From: Phoronis australis
Lineage: Eukaryota > Animalia > Phoronida
Direction: 5' to 3'
Assembly (NCBI GenBank): GCA_002633005.1
Contig: NMRA01000386.1
Location: 366,393 to 430,392 of the forward strand
DNA length: 64,000 nt
Shown here: in pieces, positions 52,467 through 64,000 of the stretch
How the letters are laid out: each line of letters starts with the position of its first letter
How positions within the stretch are numbered: the first letter of the stretch is position 1
Program-made: the position numbers and the translations under genes
The notes under the pieces: generated by a model
What the model was told of the DNA's origin: nothing
Databases searched by the model: none
Seen by the model: the letters and a program-made list of their open reading frames with translations, nothing else

Positions 52467-55400
52467 ATGGATGAACTCTCTGGCAAGGATCGTTCAAGGA
52501 ATGAATGGTAATTATTTCCCAGGGTCGCCATCAAGTCAAACCGTCTGTCAGCGCCTGTTGACTTTGTTTCTTGCTTAAACTGAAAGCGGGAAGCTTTTTA
52601 AAAATTGAACGAGACATGGAAGAGTGTTATAGCTTCATTAACAGAAATTAAGGCCTTGATCTTTTAAATGTTTGAAACAACATGACACCCTGGAACTGTA
52701 ACTGTCTCTAAACCTCAAGAACATTAAAGCTTTGAGCGTGTTACGTACTCTATGGTGGTTGGAAAAGGTTTTGTGTTGCTTAACTTGAAACCAAAAGGTA
52801 GAGTCACTGTTGAATGGCGCCCTTAGCAGTAGGAGGTACAAGTAGAGCATTGGGTAGTGACAGAAACATTTATGGGGGGAAAACTTTTATCAAAGTTACA
52901 CGATTTCAACGTGTCTCTTCCAAATTTCCGTCTCAATAAAATTCGAGGTGTTCTAAAGTTGTCCCTACAGGTGTAAGTGCAAACTACCAAAATTGAGATG
53001 CAGTGCATTCCACATAGAAGAGAATAAGCTACAGCTATGTCATATGCAATGTCCGCTCTAAGATACCGTAAGCTACGACAACCACATTTTCGAACAAAAC
53101 GATATTTGCCGTAGCTCTCGAAGCGACGTGCTGATGTTTTTTGGAGAGTGCCCGTGGAGGGGGGGAGATAAAAAACTGGTATGTTTGGGTATGATTCAAT
53201 ATAGGCTCAAATGGCTTTTGTTTGTATGAAAAAGTAGTGAGGATTAAGAGCGGAAACAACCTAAGTTTACGCAGTTGTCCTTGAGTTTTGTGTGTGCACA
53301 GTGCGTCATTTTCCACAATGCGTCTGTGGCCTTCATTCAAATGGAAAATGCTACTTTTTCCTTCAGGGTTTCGTTTACAGACCATGCCCGGACGGCATCT
53401 CTTAACTTGTGTCAAGGATTTCCAGACTTTTCTGGTCCACAGTATGTTAAAGAGTTTCTGAGCCAAGTGGCGCTATCTGACGATCCATTGGTTCACCAAT
53501 ATACTCGTTCCGCGGTAAGATGGTGACAAGTTTACTTATGATCAAACAAAAAAGAAATTAAGTGTGGAACATGCTGGAAGTTGTTAAATAATTAACCTTT
53601 ACTTCAACTGTTATCTTCAAAAATCCTTCTTGTCGACTGTACTGCCATAAATCAACGAGTTGATGCGGTAAAGTAATAATTAGTAGTCTTCTTACATGCC
53701 AAGTGTGACGTTTAAACTGTCAACAGTTCTAGCTTACGTATTGTAAATATCATTATTCGAGCTTTCTTGGGTGACTATAAAGACATTTGATCAGTCGCTT
53801 AGTGTCCCCGCCCCCTTTTCCGTTGACAATAGTTATATTTAATTATCCTCGAAATTCCTTCTGTGATCGATTCCCTGGTTTTCCCGGTCATATGAAACTA
53901 GCTTTTGTGAGTTGCCATGCGGATGAAGCGGTCAAATTCGTGGGTCGTGGGTCCAGAGGGTCGTAGGGTGTGGGGCTCGAGGGGGTTTTAGAACAATCCA
54001 AGACAGTACCAATTTTGTTATCTAAAAGTGACTCATCTGGTTACATGTGGAGACAATTTGAATGAATCTAAGCAATATACGTTTAAGAGTTTACGAAGTA
54101 AATGCTGTGCTGCAGGGTAACCCTCAACTCGTCGAAGCAATTGCTAAACTTTACTCGCCACTGGTTCATCGAGACTTGGACCCAATGTCGGAGGTTGTGG
54201 TCACCGTTGGTGGTGTAGGAGCGCTGTTTGTTATCATTAATGGACTAATATCGCCAGGAGATGAGGTAATACATCACATGCGCGTGTGCTGAAGAATGAC
54301 AGCTCGCGCGTGTTCTGAAGAACGACAGCTCGCGCGTGTGATGAAGAATGACAGCTCGCGCGTGTGCTGAAGAACGACAGCTCATGCGTGTGCTGAAAAA
54401 TGACAGCTCGCGTAAATGTTGAAAAATTTTAATTATCCAACATTTACGCGAGCTTAGATAATTGGTAATTTGTATCTTATGTGTAGAATTGAATACTACT
54501 ACTCTCCATGACGCCTTCAATAGCAAAAATAACAATTACAATTACAATAACAGAAATGATTACAATCACACTAATAACAACTATGATGATATCAGTGGCA
54601 ATCTTATTACTGCGAGTCTTACTAGGATACCATTAATAATAGTAATAGTAATAATGATGATAATAATAATCATAATGATAGTAATGGTGGTAAATTTTTT
54701 AAAATGTTGACAAGAATTAAGTAAAATGATTTTCATATTATCATCAATCAACATTTAAAATGTTGATGATAATATGAAAATCTGTGTTGAATTTCTTCTC
54801 GTTTGGCATTAAAAACATAGCAGACAACAAAACTTCCGTAGGGGTGTCCATTAGGAAACTAAGTCAGGATGGTAATGTTTGGTCGTTGTTTCTTCTTTCC
54901 AATGATGCAAAACACTTAATGATGAACGTCTTCTCTCTTTCATTATCATGACCTGTCAGTTTCTAAGGTAAAGATGATTATTGGTTGTATTACAGGTGAT
55001 TATCATTGAGCCGTTCTTTGCATTCTACTCAACAATAGTCCGCAATGCTGGTGGAGTGCCTGTTTACATAGCTCTGAAACCAGCGGTGAGAGTCAACGTG
55101 GTAGAACAGATGTATGGGCCCCAATGTAAAGTAAAATGTGTGCCAATTAGATACATGCGAGTTACGTATCATTGTACAGCTCGTAATATATAAATTGTGT
55201 AAATTATTCAATTTACTAAAATTCTTACAATCTAGAATTTCCGTTCCTTGTTCTCACATATGGAGTAGCAATCGAATTCGTAACGCAAGTGCTCAGCGTG
55301 AGTTTTAACTCCCGATTTATAACATACATGTATCTACGCAACGTTTTAACATTCGCATACATATTGAGCGTTTATGAAATCTTCTGACCTTTTTAATAGA

Positions 55401-58400
55401 CACCACTGCGGTCATACTTAATGTAGTTTATGTTTCAAGAGTGGTCATTGTTCTTAACCTTCTTCCTGTTTCAGGAACCTCATAAAAATTTGGGTAAACT
55501 AATAAAAGGGATACTCATTTTTATGGCAACACCTTGATTTTCTGGAATTTTTATGAATGGGTTATTTTAACGTACTGAGCTGAGAGGAAAGCACTGCTAA
55601 ATCACGTGGGCCTTTCCGTCGTCACAAATGATAAAATTTGACCTAAACATTCCTTACCATTCCGCGTAGGCCAGCACTTGTATTCGAACGCACTTAGAAG
55701 TCGGGCGTGTAAGCTTTTACGTATAAGTAGTTATACGTACACGAACCCGTAGGCCTACGTTTGCTGAACCCGCCCTATTGTACTACACCCTGCCGAACAA
55801 ATGGAAAATTTCTCTAATAGAGTTTGAAGCAGTTTTACATGAGTTTGTTGACGAAAGTGTTAATAGGCGATCGGTGTACCTGTCTCTATTCTCCTTATTG
55901 TTTGCCTTTGTGCTTCCTTGTCTTATTTACCAATGGTTTATAGTGCATTTCGTTGTCTTCTATTTTAGCGTTTTCTGTTGTTTTGATTTTTACAATTTAT
56001 AAATTAGAATACGAAGTCCCCTCAAATAAATATACGACATAACCCCTGGGGCTGACTTAAATGTAAAAGGACTGGTACATTCTGTCATTATTGTGAAAGT
56101 TTTTGTCATTACTGGTAGAATCCTTCTCGGCTACTGACTGAAAATGACCTCGTTGCTGTATTTAATGGTCGTTATCAAAATTGCAAAATTTTCTTATCGC
56201 AGGGTCAGTTTCATAAAAAATGAATAAGACTTAAGACAAGAGTTTTGGTCTCAATTGAAAAAAAAGTGCAAAGGGTCTGAGAAAATACACATAACCGGGA
56301 GGTACTGAGCTAATCTCTATAAATTATTTCCAGACTGTCATGCGCTCATAATTACTTGGCTAAACCTTTGTTCAGCAATTGTGGAGTGGGATTGTAAGAC
56401 CAAATTTCTGTCTTAAGTCTTACGGCACTTTCGTTAAATGGACTCCAGGTGTCCGTTGTCGAACTTGGTCGGCTCAGTACACCATCGTACGAAGTGTCAC
56501 ATTCGTGACCTTTACCTCAGGTCAATTATTTTAGGAACACTCATCAGATGATGTTTTGCGTAGCGGTGACTTTACTCTTGATCCCGATGAGCTCGCCAGT
56601 AAATTTAGCCCAAAGACCAAAATGCTAATATTCAACACACCCAACAACCCTCTGGGCAAGGTTTGTATGTGATTTCAAATTAAATTATTCAACGTGACTG
56701 TAAAGGAATGCCGCAACTTTTTTTCTCCATGCGTAGTTCTATGGATTGACACAGGTCTGTCGATAGATATAGTACTAGAAAATCTATCGGTGAAGATAGT
56801 AAGTCTGTCTATGCAAATAGTAAAGCTATCGTCGTCGTTTCCAAAGCGATAGACTCTATCTATCTGTGAGACTATCTCGTTTGCTATCTGTGTCGATGGA
56901 GATAAGCCTGACGGCAATGTTGTTTTTGTCGAATAATCTTAAACAAAACACGTTAAAGTTTAATAAATTTGTAGCTGAAACTTACGGAAGCCTCCGTTTT
57001 TATGGTTCAGGTTTACAGCCGCGATGAGATGGAAGTTATAGCTGATCTTTGCCGACGACACAAGATCATCTGTGTAGCAGACGAAGTGTATGAGTGGTTA
57101 ACGTTTGACGGAACGGTTCACATTCGAATGGGTTTGTTACATTCATGTAGCTGTGCTCATGTTTATTCTTGAAGTCGATTGCTTCTAATTATAAGCCAAT
57201 AAATGCAGAGAGACATCATGAAAGGTTGTTTAAATGATACATCAGGACACTCCAGTTTACTAAATCATAACCAACTCTCATCTGCTCGAAGATAACAGCC
57301 TACTAAAGCAGTACCTATTTAACTGCCGTTCTCTTTAAGCTGGGAAAAAGATTTGATGGTCACTTGACTGAGACGGCAATTTTGTTGGTGCAGCTGATAG
57401 AAAATTGTTCAGATTGCCTTCAGTTACTAAAAGACACGTTGCTTTTGGAAAAATTAGGCCTAAATATGAGGAACGATTCAGAGAAATGTATTCGGTTCTG
57501 CCTTGAGCAATGCCTGAGTCACAAGCCACTTTTAACTGCGGTAAGAACGAATTGAAGTCAACTCAGCATACCTAAGTGACCTACTTCAAAAGATACTTAA
57601 TATCACTGAGGGGTGTTATCTCGAGACACCGTTTAGTCGATAAATAAAACCAAAAAAGGATGTGGTTCATATTTGGATGCGCATTCTAGACAACGGATTC
57701 CAATTACTAGGAAACAGAAGATTGGCTTGTGTAACAGTTCCCACGTATTTTTATACTAAAATATTTCGACATATTTTCGGGGTTAGCGTTTAATCGTACA
57801 ACACTGAAAAAATGTTTGTTTCAGCAACTCTCCCTGGTATGTGGGAACGAACCATAACCTTGGGAAGTGCTGGTAAAGCCTTCACGGTGACTGGTTGGAA
57901 GGTTGGTTGGTGCTTCGGACCAAAGGAACTTATAAATGAATGTGCATCTGCCGGTAGAGCCTGCTGGGGCACATGTCCCAGTGCCTGTCAGGTAAATGTG
58001 ACTTTTGTCATTTGTACTCTCTCTACACGTCAACGTTAATCCAGGCCCATAGCCAGGGGGTTCGGAGGGTTCGATCGAACCCCCTCCCCGCGGAAAAGGT
58101 CCAGCCCCAGCCTCTCCGTTAAAGCTAGCATATAGATGAACTACAACAACAAAATTGTTGCAGCTACTCTTTCTACTAACTGCACTGATAACCAAGTTAG
58201 TAAAATTTTTGAATTCTGATTCAAAGTGCTTTACGTAATCGTCGGGCCGTACCCGGCCAACTTCTCCCTCGTGGTGTTTGGCAATACGTTGATGACAGTA
58301 TCCGTGGTTGGTAATTCAATATTCCCAATTCGTTCTCTTTTAGAAATGCTAGTTCGTACTCATTTTTTCGTATTCTCATGCAGATGAAATCCAAATAAAG

Positions 58401-61400
58401 TGTTTTGTTACACGGGCGTTGTTTTCGGTATAGCCGCAACACTGAATGCATTTGATAACCGAAGTGTCGCGCGTAATTACGTTTGTAATCGCGACCAAGA
58501 TTTCCCTCGTGTTTTGAGACCGAAATCGTTCGTCCATAATTACGCTCGTGATTACGACCGAGACTTCGCTCGTGTTTTAAGACCGAAATCGTTCGTCCAT
58601 AATTACGCTCGTGATTCCGACCAAGACTTCGCTCGTGTTTTACGACCGAAATCACTATATCCAATAAGAAATTGGTTTGTTGGTCACGGGAACTCTAAAG
58701 AAGTTTTACGATCTTATATTTGCTCTTTATTTTAGCAAGTAGTCATTATATTTAAGTACGACTCATCCACGAGACAACCACCCATTAAATTAATACGCAG
58801 TTGATATTGTTTTTGTTATGCAAAGGGTTTGTTATTCAAATGTCTTGAATGTAGAGTGAATGATTTACCACCAACATTTAGAAATTCGACTTCACAACCC
58901 CCTAAAAGCCGTTTTGAACCAATGTTTTTTGCAATGTCATATGTCTTCTGCACGCATTGTTCAGAGTAAGAGAATGAAACTTTGCCTAAATAAATGAAAA
59001 AGCATGGTTATCTTAAAAACAATGTCAAATCATTGTCAGACATCCTGCTACATATACATATACATATTGGCACATTAGTATGTACTAAAAAGGGCCAGTT
59101 TCAAGTGCTTAGGATGGATAGGACAGCAAAAAAAATCAGTCAATCTTTTGTACTTAGTGCTTTGCACCTGAGATTTTACCTTCTGAATACTTCATAAGAT
59201 GTGAAAAATAAGAGCTTGAAATTACGAACGCAAAATTACGAGCGAAAACGACCTCGGGTCATCTTACGACTTTTTGTTTGAATATCGTCTGGTGCCCGAC
59301 CTACAGGTGTTCACAGTGCATATTGCCTCCTGATTCATATGTACATGTAAATCTCAAAAGGTCACGTCATGAGGCCAACACATGGCGTGATGACCAGACT
59401 GAATTTTTTTGCTTTCTCATCGCTGCAGGTCGCCAATGCGACCTCAGCTTGTAAGACGTAGGATAAATCCCAAGTCGCTACGAAGTCGCTACGAAGTCGC
59501 TACGAAGTCGCCACTGCATCAAAGTCAGACAATAATTTCTCCGAAATTCGTTTCAAAGCTTGTATTGACTATACCTTTGGTTCACAATTGCTCCGTTTAT
59601 TTCGTGAAATCAGTGCATTTGCCACCACAGCAGTCACCACACATCAAACACAGTCTTAAATTACAACAGAAAGTAAACAGACGGAAGTCGGAGTTATTCG
59701 GCAAAAATCGGGCAAGCACGTGCCTCCAGTATACGCGATCGTTTGCATTCTGTCTTCATTGGCAGGAAAAATGGAGTTAGAGATTGATTGATACGCATTT
59801 TTAGGAGAATGGAGTACGGTACGACCTTTTTTAGTCGGCCATTTCGACGTCAGTTTTTACCGACTACAGATTTCGTTAGGCGACCTGGGGATTTTTGCAA
59901 GGTTCTCAAATCAAAAACGACTTAGCGTCAAGATACATATCGATCAGGACAGCGATAAACGACTCTGTCCTAATCTATAAAAGCACAAACCAAGAAAATG
60001 CCTTCACGTTTTTGAGCAAGAACATTTAGTAAAGTTGGGCCTTCGATTTTTAAAATGTGGTGACTGGAATAACAGCAACTTTAAAGAAGACCCGAAAGAG
60101 ATGGTCTTACTAAATGCTGATTTCGTTTCCACGTCTTTTTTAGGGATCTCCACATACGATAGACACGTTCTTATAGGCAGTGGTAAGGTGCTTAGGTTTT
60201 CAGAAGGCTTGGGGGTGGCAGGCTGTAACTGTAAACAATCTCGCTTTGTCTTAAAATCATTACTGTGACTTCTACTACAACAATTACTAAAACTACTACT
60301 GCAGCAACTACAAAAACAAATTATTTAAAGTACCACAACAGCAACTACCACTACCACCACCACTATCGCTACCGCTACCACTACAGTTTCTGCTACTGCC
60401 ACTGTTCTACGGCCAAAGTGTATTCTTCAGTCAATGAGACCACGTTATTGTTTCTCCACATTGAATTTAGTCATGTGTTTGTATTATGAAAACTGACATA
60501 CGTTAGTCAGAAATTTGGTCTTATCTCCCCTGTTTCACAATTACCGGATAAAAAATTAACTATGTAAATATTGGCATATCCCTGCCTAGAATCAATTTAT
60601 ACAAATGCTCCCAGTAGCTAGCAGCTATTTTATATCCTCATATACTTCGTGCGTTTGCCGAAATGAGTTTTAATCGTTTTTGGCAATTAGTTATAAATGG
60701 AGTGTATTACAGATCAAATTTCAGACTCAGATTTTTAGTAATTTTTCATGAAAAAGAGAATAGACTCACTCCCTGGTAATTTGTAACTCATCGTTGTTCT
60801 AGGTAGCAATAGCCCACTCTATTGAAAAAGAGGTTTCAAGATTTGGAAGTCCTGATTCTTACTTCGTATCTTTGGCACGAGAAATGGCGCCAAAACGTCA
60901 CGTGCTGGCGTCAATTCTCAAGACTGTTGGAATTCGACCAATCATACCAGATGGAGGTTACTTCGTCATGTGTGACATCACTGGGGTTCTTGGTGAGTTG
61001 AGGCATAAGGGGTCTATGCCAACGGGGGTTCATTTCTAATCTTCAAAGTGTCCGCAAGTTTATTATACACTATGGCAGGCTTCTGTCAACTGATAAGTTT
61101 AATACTAAACTTATCTCCCTAAGGTTCGTTAATGAAAGTGACTTACTTAGATTTTTTAAAAGTCTTAAAAGACGGAAATTTGGCGTTACGCTGCAACTTC
61201 AGAATTAGTGAATAAAAATGTAGCCAAGTAATGGTGAGAGTGTCACAATTTGAAATAATTTATAAGAAATTATCTCAGTCACTATGATAATATGTATATT
61301 CTCCCATACTTTGCACTTTTGCTCAAGTACTTATGTGGAGAGAATTTTCCACTTGAAATTTTACAAAATTATGTATTTGCATTAATCGGTGTTCTGCAAC

Positions 61401-62573
61401 AACTGTTGCACTCCTTATATGTGCCAGTGGCCAGTTGAGAAGGATTACGCTTGACCGCATCCATAGGCAGGTATACCGAAGCCCTTACATATTTACGTCG
61501 CTACGTAAATATGGTCTAACCTTTTTGACTGCGACGGCCATAACGTCAAAACTGAAAAAGCAAATTGATGAACAAAGACGGTGTCATCTCCTGTCGTCCT
61601 CATGAATAAAATATGGCCTCAATAAAGCTGAGCTCGAATGACTTTTTAGTCGACGTCTAACCAGACACCTATTAACAAAAAGTGGCACCTACGTGTAGCC
61701 AAAAATTTCGCTTGAAATGTGTCCTTCCTTTCTTGCTGTGTACCCTGCATCAGGCCGCGGTCTTCCTGGGACCTAGACATTAATTTTCTCAAATAACACC
61801 AATGCCGTTTATTACCTTCTGAGTCTGCTGTTTAGGATTTTCTCGAGACGAATCCGAAGGGATACAAGGAAATCGGTTTGCCTCCTGGTTAGCCGAAACC
61901 AAGTCTATAGCTGTGATGCCGGGTGAAGCATTTTATGGACCGGAGCATAAATCAACCATGGGCGCCACCTATGCACGGTTTTGTTTCTTCAAAGTGAGTA
62001 CAAAAAGGTTAGATACGATTTTGGAGAGGCTTGCTATACGAGTAAACTTACTTTTGGAATAATTTGTTTCAATATCCGACAGAGAAGCGCATTATGGGAT
62101 GGCTTTGTTTGTGCGTGATTCCCTGACAAACGTTATTTCGTGACTTACGAATCCTCGCTGAAAATATTTTATCATTTACTCCCAAATCTTATTCAAAGTA
62201 AAAATTGATGGAAGTCACAAAACAAATTGACGAACCTCGTGTAGTGTGCAGATCTTCTTCCCTCCCAAATCATACGCTGAAATCATGGTGAGTGTAGATA
62301 AATTCATTTAAAATACTCTGCCTGCCATTTGTCGAATGACTTTAGCTCCGACAACAGACAAGCATATTCTGAGACTGCAGGGGTTGAGTGTTCGATTCCG
62401 AGCTGGGGTTGGTCTTAAAGCTGAAATCACATTTCTCGCCGAGAATGCCACCTTTTAGCTTATGTCTGTCTTTTACTTGGAACACTATGGGCCTACTGTA
62501 TTTTTTACAGAAAGACGAAACACTTCAAGAATGTGCAAGGCTCGTAGAAGAATGGAAGAAAGCAGAATCATAG
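52467..62573 (+). CDS. KYAT3: Kynurenine--oxoglutarate transaminase / cysteine-S-conjugate beta-lyase (KYAT1/KYAT3 family, PLP class I aminotransferase), about 417 aa
   Basis: Exons 52467-52507, 53367-53514, 54116-54265, 54996-55085, 56535-56660, 57011-57131, 57825-57991, 60803-60992, 61836-61993, 62511-62573 total 1254 nt in frame. Motifs NLCQGFPDF, HQYT, VVVTVGG.GALF, GDEVIIIEPFF, NTPNNPLGK, DEVYEW, TLGSAGKAFTVTGWKVGW (PLP lysine), GGYF, RFCFFK. KYAT1 versus KYAT3 orthology is not resolvable by eye. Confidence 0.93.
54279..54413. repeat. 26-bp minisatellite, about 5 copies, just after the KYAT exon 3 donor
   Basis: Unit cgcgtgtgctgaagaatgacagctcg. Confidence 0.9.
56202..56448. mobile_element. 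MITE (PIF/Harbinger-like ends) in a KYAT intron
   Basis: gggtcagtttcataaa..taagacttaagaca..tttggtct versus agaccaaatttctgtcttaagtctta..ttcgttaaatggactcc. Confidence 0.55.
58470..58655. repeat. 63-bp tandem repeat, about 3 copies
   Basis: gaccgaaatc recurs at 58518, 58581 and 58644. Confidence 0.9.
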
Positions 62574-63007
62574 TCAAATGATTCGCGCGCTACTTGTCGG
62601 CATGAAACGCAACAGCCGTAAATCATGAGAAGCTGAAACGTAAACACAACCTCTGCATACTGAAGTAACGTGGAGTACCTGCGGACAAAGGACTCAGTTC
62701 AGACACTCAACTGAGCAAAATTATTTATCATGCCGCAACCTCAGAATTCACTATGTAACATATCACAGATACATTCTTAATTCGTAGATTTTGAGGATTG
62801 ACGAAAGTCACGATACATAAAATTATCCGAATCTGTCTGTTACTCGTCTGATGCTACTTGAGCATACTGATAGGCTAAGGCAGTGGTTAACTCGGTTTAC
62901 GAGTTCTCATGGCCTCCACTGGGGGCGCCAGCATGCGTGTGACGTCAGTGGACAAAAAGGGTTTTGGCTAACATTCACCATTCTGCTTACATAACACGCA
63001 GGTCACT

Positions 63008-63008
63008 T

Positions 63009-63052
<44 letters not shown>
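63008..63052. repeat. (CAAT)n microsatellite beside a minus-strand AATAAA; possible retroelement 3' tail
   Basis: Seen directly. The adjacent 63124-63243 matches 51388-51508 (dispersed repeat). Confidence 0.75.
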
Positions 63053-64000
63053 TCTTTATTTGAGTTTGACAAAACAGACAAACACTAGCCAAAGGCTAAT
63101 ATCACCAACTGTAGATAATAACATTTATGATCGACATATGTCCCAAATAATAGATAAATGATACGTGCGTCGCAAGCTCGTTACCATAGATGAAAAGGAG
63201 ACCGAGGTAGGCGATATAGGGTCATTTATTATGAATAGTACAATTACAATAAAATGAATACAGGTAAATAACGTATAATAGGTAATCTCTGGTAAGATGG
63301 GCAATGAAAAGCGCCACAAGAGATGTTGTAAGACAGCTCATGCCCATCTGCAGGGATGCACGAAGGGAGAGAAATGAAAAGAAAAGGGGTGCAGGACTAC
63401 TTACAAACGCTGTCAGCCGGATACCCAACCCTAACTCCGGGTGCCAAACCGGAGGGGGGTAAGATTGCCAGGGCTGGAACAGGTGCCGGTGTTGTCTCAC
63501 CCCGTGTCGTGGCGGGAAGAAAATTAGATAAATGACGGAAAACAAGGGAGAAAAAACGAACATACATTCAAGAAACGAACGGGTAAGCTAGAGCACTAAA
63601 GACGGGGTACGCAAACTAAAATGAAACGAGAGAGAAACGAAAACATCAAAGCTAAAGACAATATAAAAATGGCTAACAGAGAACAACAAAATAGCTAACA
63701 TAAGAGAAATAAAGCTAACAACAGTCGGGTTATAAAGGTAAAGTAACAAGTTAAGAATAAATGAACACAAAATATAGCCCGAGGCCTAACAAAATGTCTA
63801 ACAGGGTTGAAGAAAAATAAAATACAAAATAAACTACAAGTGAGACTAACAAGATATGGAACAAAGCGGACGGAGTGGATGGGGAAGGGGCAGGCAAGGC
63901 GGACACTAGCGAGGGAGGTGCAGGCAGTACTGAGACCAATGGGAGGTAACGGGTGACCAGGGGAAGGGAGAGACAAGAGAAAGGGGGAAATTAGGGACGA

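Noticed and set aside
54279-58655. Regularly spaced repeats (26-bp and 63-bp arrays; also the 38-bp array at 17638) as possible CRISPR arrays
   Set aside because: Head-to-tail tandem units with no unique spacers, no cas genes and a eukaryotic context.
63300-64000. Possible retroelement 3' region on the minus strand
   Set aside because: Purine-skewed UTR-like sequence with no identifiable RT or endonuclease motif inside the window.

Overview
Eukaryotic (animal, probably marine invertebrate; taxon not determinable from sequence alone) genomic DNA from a draft, apparently heterozygous assembly with one 603-N gap and several single-N contig joins. Four intron-containing genes can be reconstructed by hand: the 3' end of DHX9/RNA helicase A (+, 227-5349); two tandem paralogous multi-zinc-finger genes on the minus strand (8341-16019 and 33334-45135); and a complete 10-coding-exon kynurenine aminotransferase (KYAT1/3 family; +, 52467-62573). 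The zinc-finger pair shares an intron-split ZAD-like C4 domain, an EHxY HCF-1-type motif and a central run of three C2HC fingers. Introns and intergenic DNA are rich in DNA-transposon debris: a P/THAP9 relic, a THAP-bearing AT-flanked ISL2EU-like element and its miniature derivative, two pogo/CENP-B relics, a Helentron-type element, several MITEs (two with 5-bp TSDs), tRNA-like SINE heads and minisatellites. The best candidate for something undescribed is the diverging ZAD-like/C2H2/C2HC paralog pair. The apparent frameshift in its first copy is an assembly overlap artefact. All family assignments rest on motif recognition from memory, not on database searches.
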